A stretch of DNA of 64,000 nucleotides from IMG/VR virus record IMGVR_UViG_3300034108_000261. One strand, written 5' to 3'. The notes under the pieces were generated by a model. It saw only the letters and a list, made by a program, of their open reading frames with translations. It made no database searches and was not told where the DNA came from. This stretch comes from an uncultured virus (IMG/VR IMGVR_UViG_3300034108_000261). Lineage: Duplodnaviria > Heunggongvirae > Uroviricota > Caudoviricetes. Positions 53,185-63,251 of the stretch are shown here, in pieces (position 1 is the stretch's first letter; every line of letters begins with the position of its first letter). Both the position numbers and the translations under genes were made by a program.

Positions 53185-54581
53185 TAGAAATTAAACTTCG
53201 AAAAGTCCCTCTGTTGACGTTGACCGATTGTAGTTTTCTCGAACACTGGCAGATCGTCTTGACCTGAATCCATAATTCCCTTTTGGGCAGATTCTTCTAG
53301 GTCATACAAACGCATCTTACCACGATCGATACCAACCATGAACCTCTTATTTATTCCTGGATCATTGTAGCGATTTTTCAACTGCTTGACCATCAGTTGT
53401 CCCATCTTCTCAAGTTCTTCTGTCGAGATTAGGGCAAACATCAAGTCGGCAGTTGCTGGCAAACCAAATGATTCCGAGGTATCAGTCAGTTCAACGTCAC
53501 TGTTCGCATATCCACCACGAGTAGTTTGGGTGGCAGAAACAACAGGTAAATCAAACTCAACTGCGAAACCACGAAGTTCTTCGGCGATTGCCTTCACATA
53601 TGTATAAGAGTTTACACCTGCTCCTGGTTTGAATCTACTCGAGGCACAGATGTTAAGATAATCGACAAACACAATATCAGGAGCAAAGTTTCGCTTCAAC
53701 ATCAATTCGTTTAGCAGCGCCTTGAAATGACCAACGTGTGCAGATGCAGTTGGATATTCTTTGATGATCAACTTACCCTCAGTCTTGTTTCGAATTTTGT
53801 CAATTCGAGTATCAAACATGGAACGGGAAAGGTCTTTCAACTCACCAATGTTTACATTCATCATGTTCGCATCGATACGCTCGGCAATCTTCTCTTCACT
53901 CATTTCCATGGTAATGTAGAGAACATTCTTACCCTGCGCCAATGCTCCTGATGCCATGTGACACATGAACAAAGACTTACCCACACCAGTACCAGCAAGT
54001 GCAATATTCAGAGTCTTGTTTGGTAGACCACCACCTGTAATCTTGTTGAACATTTCAAGATCGAATGGCATCTTATTCTCAACACGGTGATAGAAGTCAA
54101 ACCGCGACTCAGAATTATCTAGATAATCATGACCGACATTATTATCAAAGCAAATTCCCAATGCTTCCTGTAAGATGGAAGGGATACCATCCTGAGAATG
54201 CTCCTTGTCTCCACCATCGATAATCTGAATCGACTTCATGATTGCATTATAGACTGCCTTGTCTTTACAAAACTTCTCAGTCTCTTCAAGCAACCACTTC
54301 TCATTCACATCAAGAGAATCATCAAGATGTGTCAGTTTCTCATTGATGTTTTTAAATTCATTTTCGTTGATACCACGGTCATTCTGCACTACGATTTCAA
54401 TTGCTTCGACTGTCGGAAGTGAATTATACTTCTCGATAAACTCTCTAGCATAATTGAAAATCTTGCGCTCGGAAGTATCATGGAAATATTCTGGTGTTAT
54501 GAATGGAATTACCTTGCGAGCATAGTCTTCATCAGAAAACAACTTACTAAGGATGATTGTTTCAATTTTTTGCATATTCAA
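53184..54581 (-). CDS. 41: replicative DNA helicase (T4 gp41)
   Basis: AGTGVGKS Walker A, IIKEYPT, VDYLNIC, SATQT.R, SESFGLPATAD, QLKNRY. Confidence 0.97.
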   Translation of the reverse strand: MNMQKIETIILSKLFSDEDYARKVIPFITPEYFHDTSERKIFNYAREFIEKYNSLPTVEAIEIVVQNDRGINENEFKNINEKLTHLDDSLDVNEKWLLEETEKFCKDKAVYNAIMKSIQIIDGGDKEHSQDGIPSILQEALGICFDNNVGHDYLDNSESRFDFYHRVENKMPFDLEMFNKITGGGLPNKTLNIALAGTGVGKSLFMCHMASGALAQGKNVLYITMEMSEEKIAERIDANMMNVNIGELKDLSRSMFDTRIDKIRNKTEGKLIIKEYPTASAHVGHFKALLNELMLKRNFAPDIVFVDYLNICASSRFKPGAGVNSYTYVKAIAEELRGFAVEFDLPVVSATQTTRGGYANSDVELTDTSESFGLPATADLMFALISTEELEKMGQLMVKQLKNRYNDPGINKRFMVGIDRGKMRLYDLEESAQKGIMDSGQDDLPVFEKTTIGQRQQRDFSKFNF

Positions 54582-55444
54582 TTTACTTTCTTCGCATTTA
54601 TTTCTTCGCGTGACAATTGTCGATGTGGTATATTGATTACAGGCAGCGCATCACCAAACCCCTTACAGAATCTACAGGCATTTATGTTAATTTTTTCACT
54701 GTTAATTGCCTCGGTATACTTCTCAGTAAACTGCTCGTCGATTGATATACCATCTAGTTCTTTCAGATCATATGGTAACGGAACACCGATTGCTTTATAA
54801 TATCCTGGTCGATGAATACTTACTGCACACCGATAGTATTTTCCACCAAAGAACGTGGAATAATAGGTTTTTCCGGAACAAGAAGTATATACTGCTTGTG
54901 CGGTGTCTTCGTCTAGTTCTTCGAATTGATCTAGTACACGAAATTGCTCGCCTATTACGAGATCTACATTTTGTCGATCTATTACAACTTGGTCTTTTTT
55001 CCAAGCACTCATACTTTTTGGATGGTTAATAACGTTGTTAAAGTTCCATCGTTTTCCTCGCTCGTCTAAATAGTTAAGAATTTTGTCATAGTTTATGTTC
55101 ACATTTTCATATTTACTAATGCTAACAATATCACAATTATCATAAAACTCATCTGACAAAGACAATAGGTTTATTCCATTGGTTACGATGGCAGTAACAT
55201 CACAAAAATTACTCTGCTTTGCATATTTCAAATATTCTGTAATATCTGGATTAAGTGTTGGTTCGCCACCAATAAAACGCAAAACACCAACATGCATGTA
55301 CTGCGAAAGATTGTCCATATCTCGTTTAAAACTTTCAAGATCAAAAGATTCTTCGTCGCGGTATGGCGATCCAGTACTGCAGTTCGCACATTTTAAATTA
55401 CAATGAAAACTTATATAGTATTCAATAGATGGAAGATTAATCAT
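54578..55444 (-). CDS. radical SAM protein
   Basis: CNLKCANC, GGEPTL, TNG, C-terminal C...C...CRFC. Confidence 0.85.
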   Translation of the reverse strand: MINLPSIEYYISFHCNLKCANCSTGSPYRDEESFDLESFKRDMDNLSQYMHVGVLRFIGGEPTLNPDITEYLKYAKQSNFCDVTAIVTNGINLLSLSDEFYDNCDIVSISKYENVNINYDKILNYLDERGKRWNFNNVINHPKSMSAWKKDQVVIDRQNVDLVIGEQFRVLDQFEELDEDTAQAVYTSCSGKTYYSTFFGGKYYRCAVSIHRPGYYKAIGVPLPYDLKELDGISIDEQFTEKYTEAINSEKININACRFCKGFGDALPVINIPHRQLSREEINAKKVN

Positions 55445-55449
55445 ACACT

Positions 55450-55671
55450 TTAATCTTCTTCTGCAACTTTTAAATTCTCTATCTCATCATATTCATTTGC
55501 AATTCTAATGCAACATGGTTCACAAACAAACATCTCATACTCGAGACCCTCTTCAATACCATGAAGGCACATGGCAGGGTCATTCTTTTTCAGAACGACC
55601 CCACATTGATTACATATCTTGATTTTCGTAGTCTTCTGAAATATCTTCGTCAGAAATGTCCACATTTTCAT
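55450..55671 (-). CDS. small zinc-binding hypothetical protein
   Basis: CNQC...CEPC. Confidence 0.55.
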   Translation of the reverse strand: MKMWTFLTKIFQKTTKIKICNQCGVVLKKNDPAMCLHGIEEGLEYEMFVCEPCCIRIANEYDEIENLKVAEED

Positions 55672-56680
55672 TCTCCATCATTTGTCCACCTGCCATGCGA
55701 TAGCGACCTTCAATCCACTCGCCGAACGTTGGATCAGTCAGAACTGGCATCCAGAATTCTTTGTTGTAAGTATCATTCAAGCGATACTTCTTTTCTTCGC
55801 CAACTCGCTGATACCAACCGTTGTTCGGTTTAACCACGTGTCCTGACTCGAGCGCCATGTCTAGTAGACCAGACCATTTACTGATGCCACCTTCGAAGGT
55901 AACTTCAATAGGAATCTTGGACTTTTCACGAACATAACGAGACTTCTCGACGTTAATGATAAAGTTATAACCAACTACCTCGGTACCAGTCTTTTCCTGC
56001 TGACGACCAATGATAAAGATGTTATCGGCAGAGTAATAGATGCCAGTACCACCAGAGACGATTGCCTTGGGGAACATACCAATTTCCATATAAGTGTGAT
56101 TGACCACGACCATAGGAATATCCTTGATGGTAAGGTGGGGAGTAATCATACGGAACAACGACTTCATCTGCTTTGCACGAGTCATATCTGCGACTGACTT
56201 ACCGTCAAGCGCATCGTCTACTTCCTTCTTCGATGCCAAATTGCCAACTGAGTCAACGACAATCATGACACGATCCTTACGCTCAAGTTCGTTCACCTGC
56301 TTCATAATATCATGCTTCAACTGCTCAATGTCAGTGATGGGAGTATGAATAATTTTATCGGTGTTAATACCGAAGTTCTCAAAGTACGACTGCGGAGCAC
56401 CAAACTCCGAGTCATAGAACAGGACAACACCATCGTCATACTTATCCAAGAAACTCTTGACTAGCATCATTGCAAATGCAGTCTTGAAGTGCTTAGATGG
56501 ACCAGCAAAAATGGTCAATCCTGGAGTTAGACCACCGTCTAACTTACCAGAAAGTGCTACGTTCAGTGCAGGAACTGCAGTCTGAATTAGATCTTTCGTA
56601 CTGAACAACTTACTCTGAGAGAGAACATTAGTCTCTTTGATTGTGCTGTTCTTTTTAAGTCTATCAATTAAATCACTCAT
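55610..56680 (-). CDS. uvsX: RecA-like recombinase
   Basis: AGPSKHFKT, FYDSEFG, DSVGNLASKKE, DMTRAK, GGTG..YSAD. Confidence 0.97.
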   Translation of the reverse strand: MSDLIDRLKKNSTIKETNVLSQSKLFSTKDLIQTAVPALNVALSGKLDGGLTPGLTIFAGPSKHFKTAFAMMLVKSFLDKYDDGVVLFYDSEFGAPQSYFENFGINTDKIIHTPITDIEQLKHDIMKQVNELERKDRVMIVVDSVGNLASKKEVDDALDGKSVADMTRAKQMKSLFRMITPHLTIKDIPMVVVNHTYMEIGMFPKAIVSGGTGIYYSADNIFIIGRQQEKTGTEVVGYNFIINVEKSRYVREKSKIPIEVTFEGGISKWSGLLDMALESGHVVKPNNGWYQRVGEEKKYRLNDTYNKEFWMPVLTDPTFGEWIEGRYRMAGGQMMENENVDISDEDISEDYENQDM

Positions 56681-59205
56681 GTAAATAAATCCTCTAGTGT
56701 TGCGGTTACTTCGGTCTGCCAACCAAGACCTTCGATAATTTGTTTAATTGGTTCCAAGAAACTCTTCTCGAACATTGTATTATAGTCTATATACCTATCT
56801 AAGTCAAGCTCTTTTGGAATCTTTCCAATAAAAGCGATACAATTTTCTCGAATATGATTAGGTTCCTTCAAGTAGAGAAACTTAATCTTTTCCCCTTCTT
56901 GAATCAACTCATATTTCTTATCTAGTTTATTCTTACGCAAAAGGTGGTTATACATTAACGCACCTCGAACATGCATAGGTGTTCCCTTGGCATAGATGTC
57001 TGCACCAGAAGTATACTTCATAAGACCATTCACACCACGAGGGAATGCAATTTGCTCTGGTTCAAACTTGTTGAACAAGATGCGAGTATGCTCGATAAAA
57101 CCCTGTAGAGTTTTCTCGTCAGTTGTCAGTGCCAGTCTTACTGCTTCCTTGAGACTTTCTCGAACAGGTGCTGGAGTGGAAGAACGAACGATCTCAAGAC
57201 CCATGACCTTGAGTTTCGGATCTTTGTATCGGACACCTTCATTATCGTAGACGTTGAGTGCATACCTTTTCTTCGCAACCCAGAGACCACGTTCTGCGAT
57301 TGCTTCACGTTTGAAGATAATCTTCTTTTGAAATGCGTTCGTGTAGTCCGCAAGTCCATCGCAACTCTTGTTGATCGTCTCTGTGATTTTCTCTTCGCAG
57401 ATTTTATCGAGAACGTCAATGAGTTTATCGCGTGGTAGATTGCTATAATACTTACGAACAAGAGGGTCCAAGGAAATATAACAAGAATCAGTATCACTGT
57501 AGAAAGAGTAGTTGTGTCCATTTGTTCCTACGACTTTATTAAGATAAACATCAAGTGCTGTGCCGACTTTGCGAATAATATATTGACCAGTCATTGTGAT
57601 ACCCTCGGCAATACGAGAGTCATAATAACGGAAGTATTCGTTACCCCACGCACCGAACAGCGAGTTCAACTGAATCTTTCTCGCCATCTGGAAGTTGTTA
57701 TACTTTGAGATGTCATTCTTCAGTCGAGAATCTTTAGTAATTTCATATTCTTTCTCGGCAGCAATCATCAATTTCTTATAACGCTGTCGGTCATCGAAGA
57801 ACTTCTGAACAATCTCAGGAAACTTACCCTGCTTTTCTCGAGTATAACAATAACCATTGGCAGTCATGGTGTAATCGTTGGTCTGTAGATCATCAAGATT
57901 ATACTTGCCTTCGAGCAATCCGTTGACTGTCGTGTCTTTAACATGACCCTCGACGAATGTTTCGGGCGACTGATTATACTGCATAATGATTGACGGATAC
58001 AGGGAGGTCGCATCGAATGACACAACCCAGTCGTACTGTCCAGGTTTTGGTTCCTGCACAAACGCACCTTCAATCTGTCGACCACGACTCTCTTTCTTCT
58101 GAGGAATCTGGATATTCTGATTATGAAGGTGATTGTAGATGATACAATCCCATGTTCGAACCTGAGAGAACACATCATTGAAGTTACACTTAGCATCGTA
58201 TGCCATCGTCAGAATCAGTTCAATCAACTTCATCTTGTGCTCGAGTGCATCAACGATCTCAACGTCTCGAATGTTATACTCTACAAACTTCTGCCAGTCC
58301 TTGACATAAAATTCACGGAAACTCTCATATGGATTTTCCATCTTTTTAAGACCAAGTTCAACCTCACCGATGTAGTCGAGTTTATAACTTTCCCGACGAA
58401 CATAGGTAAACTTCTTATAGAGATCGATGTAGTCAATGATGGCAACACCAGTGATGTCATAGGAGACATGTTCACGACCCATGATAGTCACATTCTTACG
58501 ACGAACAAGTCCCCATGGAGAGAACTTCTTCTTCATAGTTGTGTCATCCTCGGAGCAGAACAAACGCTCAACGCGAGAGATTAGATACGCAATATCGAAT
58601 AGGTCGCAGTTCCAACCTGTGATGATGTCAGGATAATTCTCAGAGTAAAAACGAACGAACGTCTCAAGGAGATCACGCTCATTATCGCACTTGACATACA
58701 AGAACTTGTTGCCTTGGGCGCGAAGACTCTCGACTTCCTCGCACTTGTCATCAAAATCACCGCAACCAAATGTGATGATTTGGCGAGTGATAAGATTCTT
58801 GACGGTGATTAGAAGAACTTCTTCGATAGGGTTTTGAACGTCAGGGAACCCATGTTCCGCCGACGTTTCAATATCGATAGTCTGAATGTTTAGTTGCGTA
58901 ATATCCCACTGGATTTCTCCAGGATATGTATGGGTGATATACTGATACCCATAATTAGTCTGACCGTAGATCGGGAAGTTCTCTACCTGACCATAAGTTT
59001 GAACAAATTCTTTTGCTTCATTGTTATTGGCAAATTCTACAGGTTGTAAATCTTCGCCATACAAAGACTTAAACTTGCTTGGTTCTTTTGACTTCACATA
59101 CAAAGTCGGGGAGAAGTCTGCCCTCTTAGTAAAACGCACACCATTATTTACTCCACGGACTAAAACCTTGGAACCATATTGGTGTGCGCATGTATAAAAT
59201 TTCAT
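56677..59205 (-). CDS. 43: family B DNA polymerase (T4 gp43)
   Basis: DIET, SFDATSLYPSII, KIQLNSLFG, YSDTDS, KKRYAL; C-terminal TLEDLF clamp motif; no intein. Confidence 0.98.
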   Translation of the reverse strand: MKFYTCAHQYGSKVLVRGVNNGVRFTKRADFSPTLYVKSKEPSKFKSLYGEDLQPVEFANNNEAKEFVQTYGQVENFPIYGQTNYGYQYITHTYPGEIQWDITQLNIQTIDIETSAEHGFPDVQNPIEEVLLITVKNLITRQIITFGCGDFDDKCEEVESLRAQGNKFLYVKCDNERDLLETFVRFYSENYPDIITGWNCDLFDIAYLISRVERLFCSEDDTTMKKKFSPWGLVRRKNVTIMGREHVSYDITGVAIIDYIDLYKKFTYVRRESYKLDYIGEVELGLKKMENPYESFREFYVKDWQKFVEYNIRDVEIVDALEHKMKLIELILTMAYDAKCNFNDVFSQVRTWDCIIYNHLHNQNIQIPQKKESRGRQIEGAFVQEPKPGQYDWVVSFDATSLYPSIIMQYNQSPETFVEGHVKDTTVNGLLEGKYNLDDLQTNDYTMTANGYCYTREKQGKFPEIVQKFFDDRQRYKKLMIAAEKEYEITKDSRLKNDISKYNNFQMARKIQLNSLFGAWGNEYFRYYDSRIAEGITMTGQYIIRKVGTALDVYLNKVVGTNGHNYSFYSDTDSCYISLDPLVRKYYSNLPRDKLIDVLDKICEEKITETINKSCDGLADYTNAFQKKIIFKREAIAERGLWVAKKRYALNVYDNEGVRYKDPKLKVMGLEIVRSSTPAPVRESLKEAVRLALTTDEKTLQGFIEHTRILFNKFEPEQIAFPRGVNGLMKYTSGADIYAKGTPMHVRGALMYNHLLRKNKLDKKYELIQEGEKIKFLYLKEPNHIRENCIAFIGKIPKELDLDRYIDYNTMFEKSFLEPIKQIIEGLGWQTEVTATLEDLFT

Positions 59206-59229
59206 ATAAATCCCTCATCATCAAATACT

Positions 59230-59258
59230 ACTATACCGTAAAAACATAATAAAGTAAA
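59230..59258 (-). promoter_or_regulatory. probable promoter for gene 43
   Basis: TTTACT-N17-TATAGT. Confidence 0.65.
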
Positions 59259-59263
59259 GGGAT

Positions 59264-59911
59264 TTATCGTAGTTTGTAACCAATCTTTGCTTCTAGTTCT
59301 TCCAGTTTCATAGTTGAAACCTGTGACTTGGGAACTAGATTGTCTACAATATAGACTGCAACATTTCCACTCTCGAAGAATGCTACCTTATAAAGAAAGT
59401 CTGGAACAGGAACCTTACTCTTACCAACCAGTTTTGGATTCTTAGAGTAATGTGCACCAGTCACAACCCACTTGAACGGAACCGAACGAACACGTTCCTC
59501 AAGATTCTTCCATGCTATACGGTTGACCGAAGGCAACTGTGGAGTCATGTTTGTCATCAGGAAAGTATCTGACATTTCGTTTGGATCGTCTGCGTTTGCA
59601 GCAGGAACCATATGCCCACGATCGTAACCAGAGTTGGTATAATCAGCATGGGTTGGTGAATCAGCGATGCGCTTATCTGGACGGAAGTCGTCGGTGCGTG
59701 GTGTTTTCTTTACTCGTTCCTGTGCAATCTCCGTCGAGAAAACATTTGCATTACGAGCATCGTCATAAACAATTGCAAAGAAAGAGTTGCAGAGAACCGT
59801 AGTATTAGGTACTACGATTTCCTTACCATTTGGATAGAACTGATCGCAGGGGGACGCATTAGCAGCAGTCGGTAGAGCGAATAAAAATAGAGCAGCAATA
59901 AAGTTCTTCAT
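59264..59911 (-). CDS. secreted DNA/RNA non-specific endonuclease (NucA/EndoG family)
   Basis: Signal peptide, YDRGHMVPA, TF.MTNMTPQ...NR..W..LE. Confidence 0.9.
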   Translation of the reverse strand: MKNFIAALFLFALPTAANASPCDQFYPNGKEIVVPNTTVLCNSFFAIVYDDARNANVFSTEIAQERVKKTPRTDDFRPDKRIADSPTHADYTNSGYDRGHMVPAANADDPNEMSDTFLMTNMTPQLPSVNRIAWKNLEERVRSVPFKWVVTGAHYSKNPKLVGKSKVPVPDFLYKVAFFESGNVAVYIVDNLVPKSQVSTMKLEELEAKIGYKLR

Positions 59912-60213
59912 ATAATGATTTTACTTTCTGGAACGACTAGACCCGATCCATACCGAGTGTTATACTCATTCAGCATACCAGTTTCTGGATCGAAAATTGA
60001 AACGATTGCACCACCGCGAATAGGAACAATGTTGTCCTTCGCATAGGGGCAGAATGGAGCAAGTCCAATACCAAACTGGTTATTTTGACCTTGGGGAACC
60101 ATCATAATTAGTAGAGGTTTACTGAGAACAACAAGGTTTCCATCATCAAACTCAGAAACATCTGCAATGATTTCATCCCCACTGATCAACTTAACACATT
60201 TGATATTGGACAT
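59908..60213 (-). CDS. conserved Sm-like T4-like protein
   Basis: KLISGDEIIA...P...GL.P...Y...GSGL. Confidence 0.7.
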   Translation of the reverse strand: MSNIKCVKLISGDEIIADVSEFDDGNLVVLSKPLLIMMVPQGQNNQFGIGLAPFCPYAKDNIVPIRGGAIVSIFDPETGMLNEYNTRYGSGLVVPESKIII

Positions 60214-60242
60214 ACTTTATACTTTCATTATTTAGATTAAGA

Positions 60243-60728
60243 TTATTTAGTTTTACCTTCTGCTAAGAATTCGGCAGCCTGCGATGGATATTCACTATCA
60301 TCGGTAATGTCGATTTTCTTCGCTTTCTTTTCTTCTGGAATAAATGCTTCTAACCAAATCTTCAGCATACCATTAACCAGAGAAGAACTTTTTACTTCCA
60401 CATTGTCAGCAAGAGTGAATTCACGTTTGAATCCTCGCTCTGCGATTCCCTTGTAGAGATATTCAGTAGACTCAGATGAATCGCACTTTCCTTGGATGCT
60501 CAGCATACCCTCTTGCAATTGAATATCAATGTCCGCTTTACCGAAACCAGCAACTGCCAGTTCGATTACGTAGCGATCTTCATCGACTTTCTTGATATTG
60601 TATGGAGGATATTTAATTGGCATCATCTGTGCCGATTGATCAGCAATATCTGCCAACCGTTTCATGACGCGATCAGCGCCAACAAAATAACGGTCGAAGT
60701 CTGCTAAATTAGTTGTATTAAATTTCAT
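60243..60728 (-). CDS. small heat-shock protein (Hsp20, IbpA-like)
   Basis: YPPYNI, IELAVAGF, YLYKGIAER.F.R.F.L, NGML.I.L. Confidence 0.93.
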   Translation of the reverse strand: MKFNTTNLADFDRYFVGADRVMKRLADIADQSAQMMPIKYPPYNIKKVDEDRYVIELAVAGFGKADIDIQLQEGMLSIQGKCDSSESTEYLYKGIAERGFKREFTLADNVEVKSSSLVNGMLKIWLEAFIPEEKKAKKIDITDDSEYPSQAAEFLAEGKTK

Positions 60729-60734
60729 ATTTTG

Positions 60735-60783
60735 CTCCTATTAAGCGAGTTTAAAAAAGTGTGCCATCCGAAGCATGGCACAC
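60735..60783 (-). promoter_or_regulatory. ROSE-like RNA thermometer candidate in hsp20 leader
   Basis: GUGUGCCAU..AUGGCACAC-type hairpin then CUCGCU-UAAU-AGGAG pairing the SD with a bulged G. Confidence 0.55.
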
Positions 60784-60785
60784 TC

Positions 60786-60816
60786 TATTTATACTACAAT
60801 TTAGAAGAAAAGTAAA
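60786..60816 (-). promoter_or_regulatory. dual promoter (late box plus -35-like element)
   Basis: TTTACT-N17-TATAAATA. Confidence 0.65.
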
Positions 60817-60824
60817 TAGTTTTT

Positions 60825-61244
60825 TTAATTTCTTTTTGCGCCAATATTATATTTTTGAACCAGTTCCCACTCGCCCTTTTCTTTATAGGCGATAATCTTA
60901 ATCTGATTTAGTGGTGCACAATTTTCGTGCAGTTCTGGATTCTTAATATCTATTAGACCCCAGTCACCGAGCAACTTGGCAATAGTATTTCTACGTTCTA
61001 AATCATTGTCACTAAAGTCAGCACCCTTACCATCTAAGGCAAAGAGTTCCTTGAAGTGAACAATAAAGTATCTGCTCTGTTTGTGGAGGATATGGCAGGA
61101 CTGGAAAAGAGTCTTTTCCTTGCGTGATGCTACCCCAATACGAGAAAGAGTTTCTCGCACCTTTAGAAAGTCGTCGGGATTCTTGAGGGTTACTTCTAAG
61201 GGTGCATACCCTGGAAAGTCGATATCAAAAAAATCATCAGTCAT
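60825..61244 (-). CDS. regA: translational repressor RegA
   Basis: DDFLKVRETL.RIG.A, L.QSCHILHK, YFIVHFKELF.LDG. Confidence 0.96.
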   Translation of the reverse strand: MTDDFFDIDFPGYAPLEVTLKNPDDFLKVRETLSRIGVASRKEKTLFQSCHILHKQSRYFIVHFKELFALDGKGADFSDNDLERRNTIAKLLGDWGLIDIKNPELHENCAPLNQIKIIAYKEKGEWELVQKYNIGAKRN

Positions 61245-61702
61245 TTGTTGCCACCTTTATTCAATTTCTCTTTTATGTATTGTTTTTGTTCTTCAGAGAG
61301 AATTGAGAGTGCTTGGCGTGCTTTTTCATTGCTATAACCATAATACTCTTTGATCAACTCTACATCAGCATTCTTTTCGGACTTCAACCATGGATTCCAT
61401 CGGTTTTTCGCCCTTATAGTATTTATAAGAAATGCATTTTGGAGAGCATGAGCTAGGTGAGGACGGCAATTGACCTCATTCGCTTGAACGATGGTTTCTC
61501 GATCTAGCGAAAGTGCTCGATTAATGATATATGGGGTGTATTGTTTTTCTGATCGTTCGTCTACAATGAGATTCTTTTGTTGATTGATGTTCTTGACAAA
61601 TTCAAATGGACTTATCTTAGTTATCTTCTCAACATAATCTTCTGCAGTGTAAATCTTAGTAGGTTCACCCAAACCTTCTAGGATTGCTTCCTTCATTTCC
61701 AC
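61241..61702 (-). CDS. 62: clamp loader small subunit (T4 gp62)
   Basis: SPF.F...I, Y.PYIINR.LS, W.K, IKEYYGYS.EKA..AL. Confidence 0.92.
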   Translation of the reverse strand: MEMKEAILEGLGEPTKIYTAEDYVEKITKISPFEFVKNINQQKNLIVDERSEKQYTPYIINRALSLDRETIVQANEVNCRPHLAHALQNAFLINTIRAKNRWNPWLKSEKNADVELIKEYYGYSNEKARQALSILSEEQKQYIKEKLNKGGNK

Positions 61703-62628
61703 ACCGCAGTCGCCATAATGTCAGTCAAACACGCAACCAGATTGATTTCCTGATCGACTGCAAATGCTGCCTTGTATTGATAGTCAGCGAGAAGAAGAAT
61801 GATGGCAGGAATATTTTTAAATTCATCAAGATAACTGTCATAGATCTTACGAATGATTGCATTAGGATCACTATCCATATTTTCTACAACCCATGCACGC
61901 ATCTTCGTCCAATCCTTGCCTTGAAGATAAGTCAAAAGACTCTTCATATCAAGATCACGACTGGTATTAAGAACACCCTCGTCAATAGTGCCGCCGACAC
62001 TATACCGCTGCAGTTCGTTTAAAACACGGCGATAGTCAGGGAAGTGCTTCTTGAGAACATGAGCGACCACCTTCTCATCGAAGGTGACATTTTCTCCACG
62101 AAGAATGTCAGTCAATCGTTTCATGAACCGACCTGCCATTTTCGGACGGTCTGCCTTGGTAAGTTTAAATTCGATGACTGCACAACGACTATGCAGAGGA
62201 GAGATAATCTTATCCTTGAAATTACAAGTAAAGATAAACCGACAGTTGTTTGAATATTGCTCAATAAACGCACGAAGCGCAGGTTGAGTTGAATTTGGAT
62301 TGAGGTAATCTGCCTCATCAAGAATTACGATCTTGGGTTTACCATTAAATGAAACCGACGCAGCAAACTCTGTAATCTTGACACGCAGAGTTTCAATATT
62401 TCTATCGTCAGAACCGTTGATGATGATGTAATCGCACCCAAGTTCTTCACAGACTGCTCGAGCGATGGTAGTCTTACCAACACCCGCAGTACCACAAAGA
62501 AGCATGTTAGGAATTTCACCAGACTCAACAAACTGGCGGAAGGTGTTCAATTGTGCATCTGGAAGGATACAGTCGTCCAATTTACGAGGACGATACTTTT
62601 CAACCCAAAGGAATTGTTCATTGCTCAT
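61693..62628 (-). CDS. 44: clamp loader large subunit (T4 gp44)
   Basis: LWVEKYRP, GTAGVGKTT, ILDEAD, SRC motif. Confidence 0.96.
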   Translation of the reverse strand: MSNEQFLWVEKYRPRKLDDCILPDAQLNTFRQFVESGEIPNMLLCGTAGVGKTTIARAVCEELGCDYIIINGSDDRNIETLRVKITEFAASVSFNGKPKIVILDEADYLNPNSTQPALRAFIEQYSNNCRFIFTCNFKDKIISPLHSRCAVIEFKLTKADRPKMAGRFMKRLTDILRGENVTFDEKVVAHVLKKHFPDYRRVLNELQRYSVGGTIDEGVLNTSRDLDMKSLLTYLQGKDWTKMRAWVVENMDSDPNAIIRKIYDSYLDEFKNIPAIILLLADYQYKAAFAVDQEINLVACLTDIMATAVWK

Positions 62629-62711
62629 AATAATCTCCATAATAAAAGGTGGGTGATGCCTCATCGATGACGCTCTTCGCAGCAGCAGACATCACCCTCA
62701 GCGAAGTTTGA

Positions 62712-63251
62712 TTAACTATTCGTTTGCAACCAATGCAAGATAGTGTATGGATCAGTCTCGCCATACGGATCAGTCTCGCAGTTATCTTCCTTCCCAGGTT
62801 CGATAAACCACTTCTCGATCTTACCATTATCTACAACAACTGCATACCGCCAAGAACGAATGCCAAAACCAAGATTGTCCTTATAAACTTCCATGTTCAT
62901 ACCAGAAGTAAACTCTGCAGAACCATCAGGGATAACCTTAACATGCTCTAGTTTCTGATCCTTCGCCCAACAATTCATAACGAATGAATCGTTGACTGAC
63001 AGGCAGTAGATATCGTCAATACCATGAGAGTAGAAACGCATCGCCAGTTCTTCGAATCCAGGAAGTTGCATTGTCGAACAAGTAGGCGTAAATGCTCCAG
63101 GAAGCGAGAATAGGATGACACGTTTACCCGCGAAAAGATCGAACGATGTCACATCCTCCCAACGATAAGGATTCAAATCCTCAATAGTATCATCACGAAC
63201 ACGAGTCTTGAAGACTACACTCGGAACAACTGTCGGTAGATTATCAACCAT
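62712..63251 (-). CDS. peroxiredoxin (Prx5/redoxin family)
   Basis: SLPGAFTPTCS, SVNDSFVM, G.RSWRYA. Confidence 0.93.
   Translation of the reverse strand: MVDNLPTVVPSVVFKTRVRDDTIEDLNPYRWEDVTSFDLFAGKRVILFSLPGAFTPTCSTMQLPGFEELAMRFYSHGIDDIYCLSVNDSFVMNCWAKDQKLEHVKVIPDGSAEFTSGMNMEVYKDNLGFGIRSWRYAVVVDNGKIEKWFIEPGKEDNCETDPYGETDPYTILHWLQTNS

Noticed and set aside
29982..59205. Introns or inteins in nrdB, nrdA, thyX, gene 41, uvsX or gene 43
   Set aside because: All are continuous ORFs of expected length with no intein or homing-endonuclease insertion
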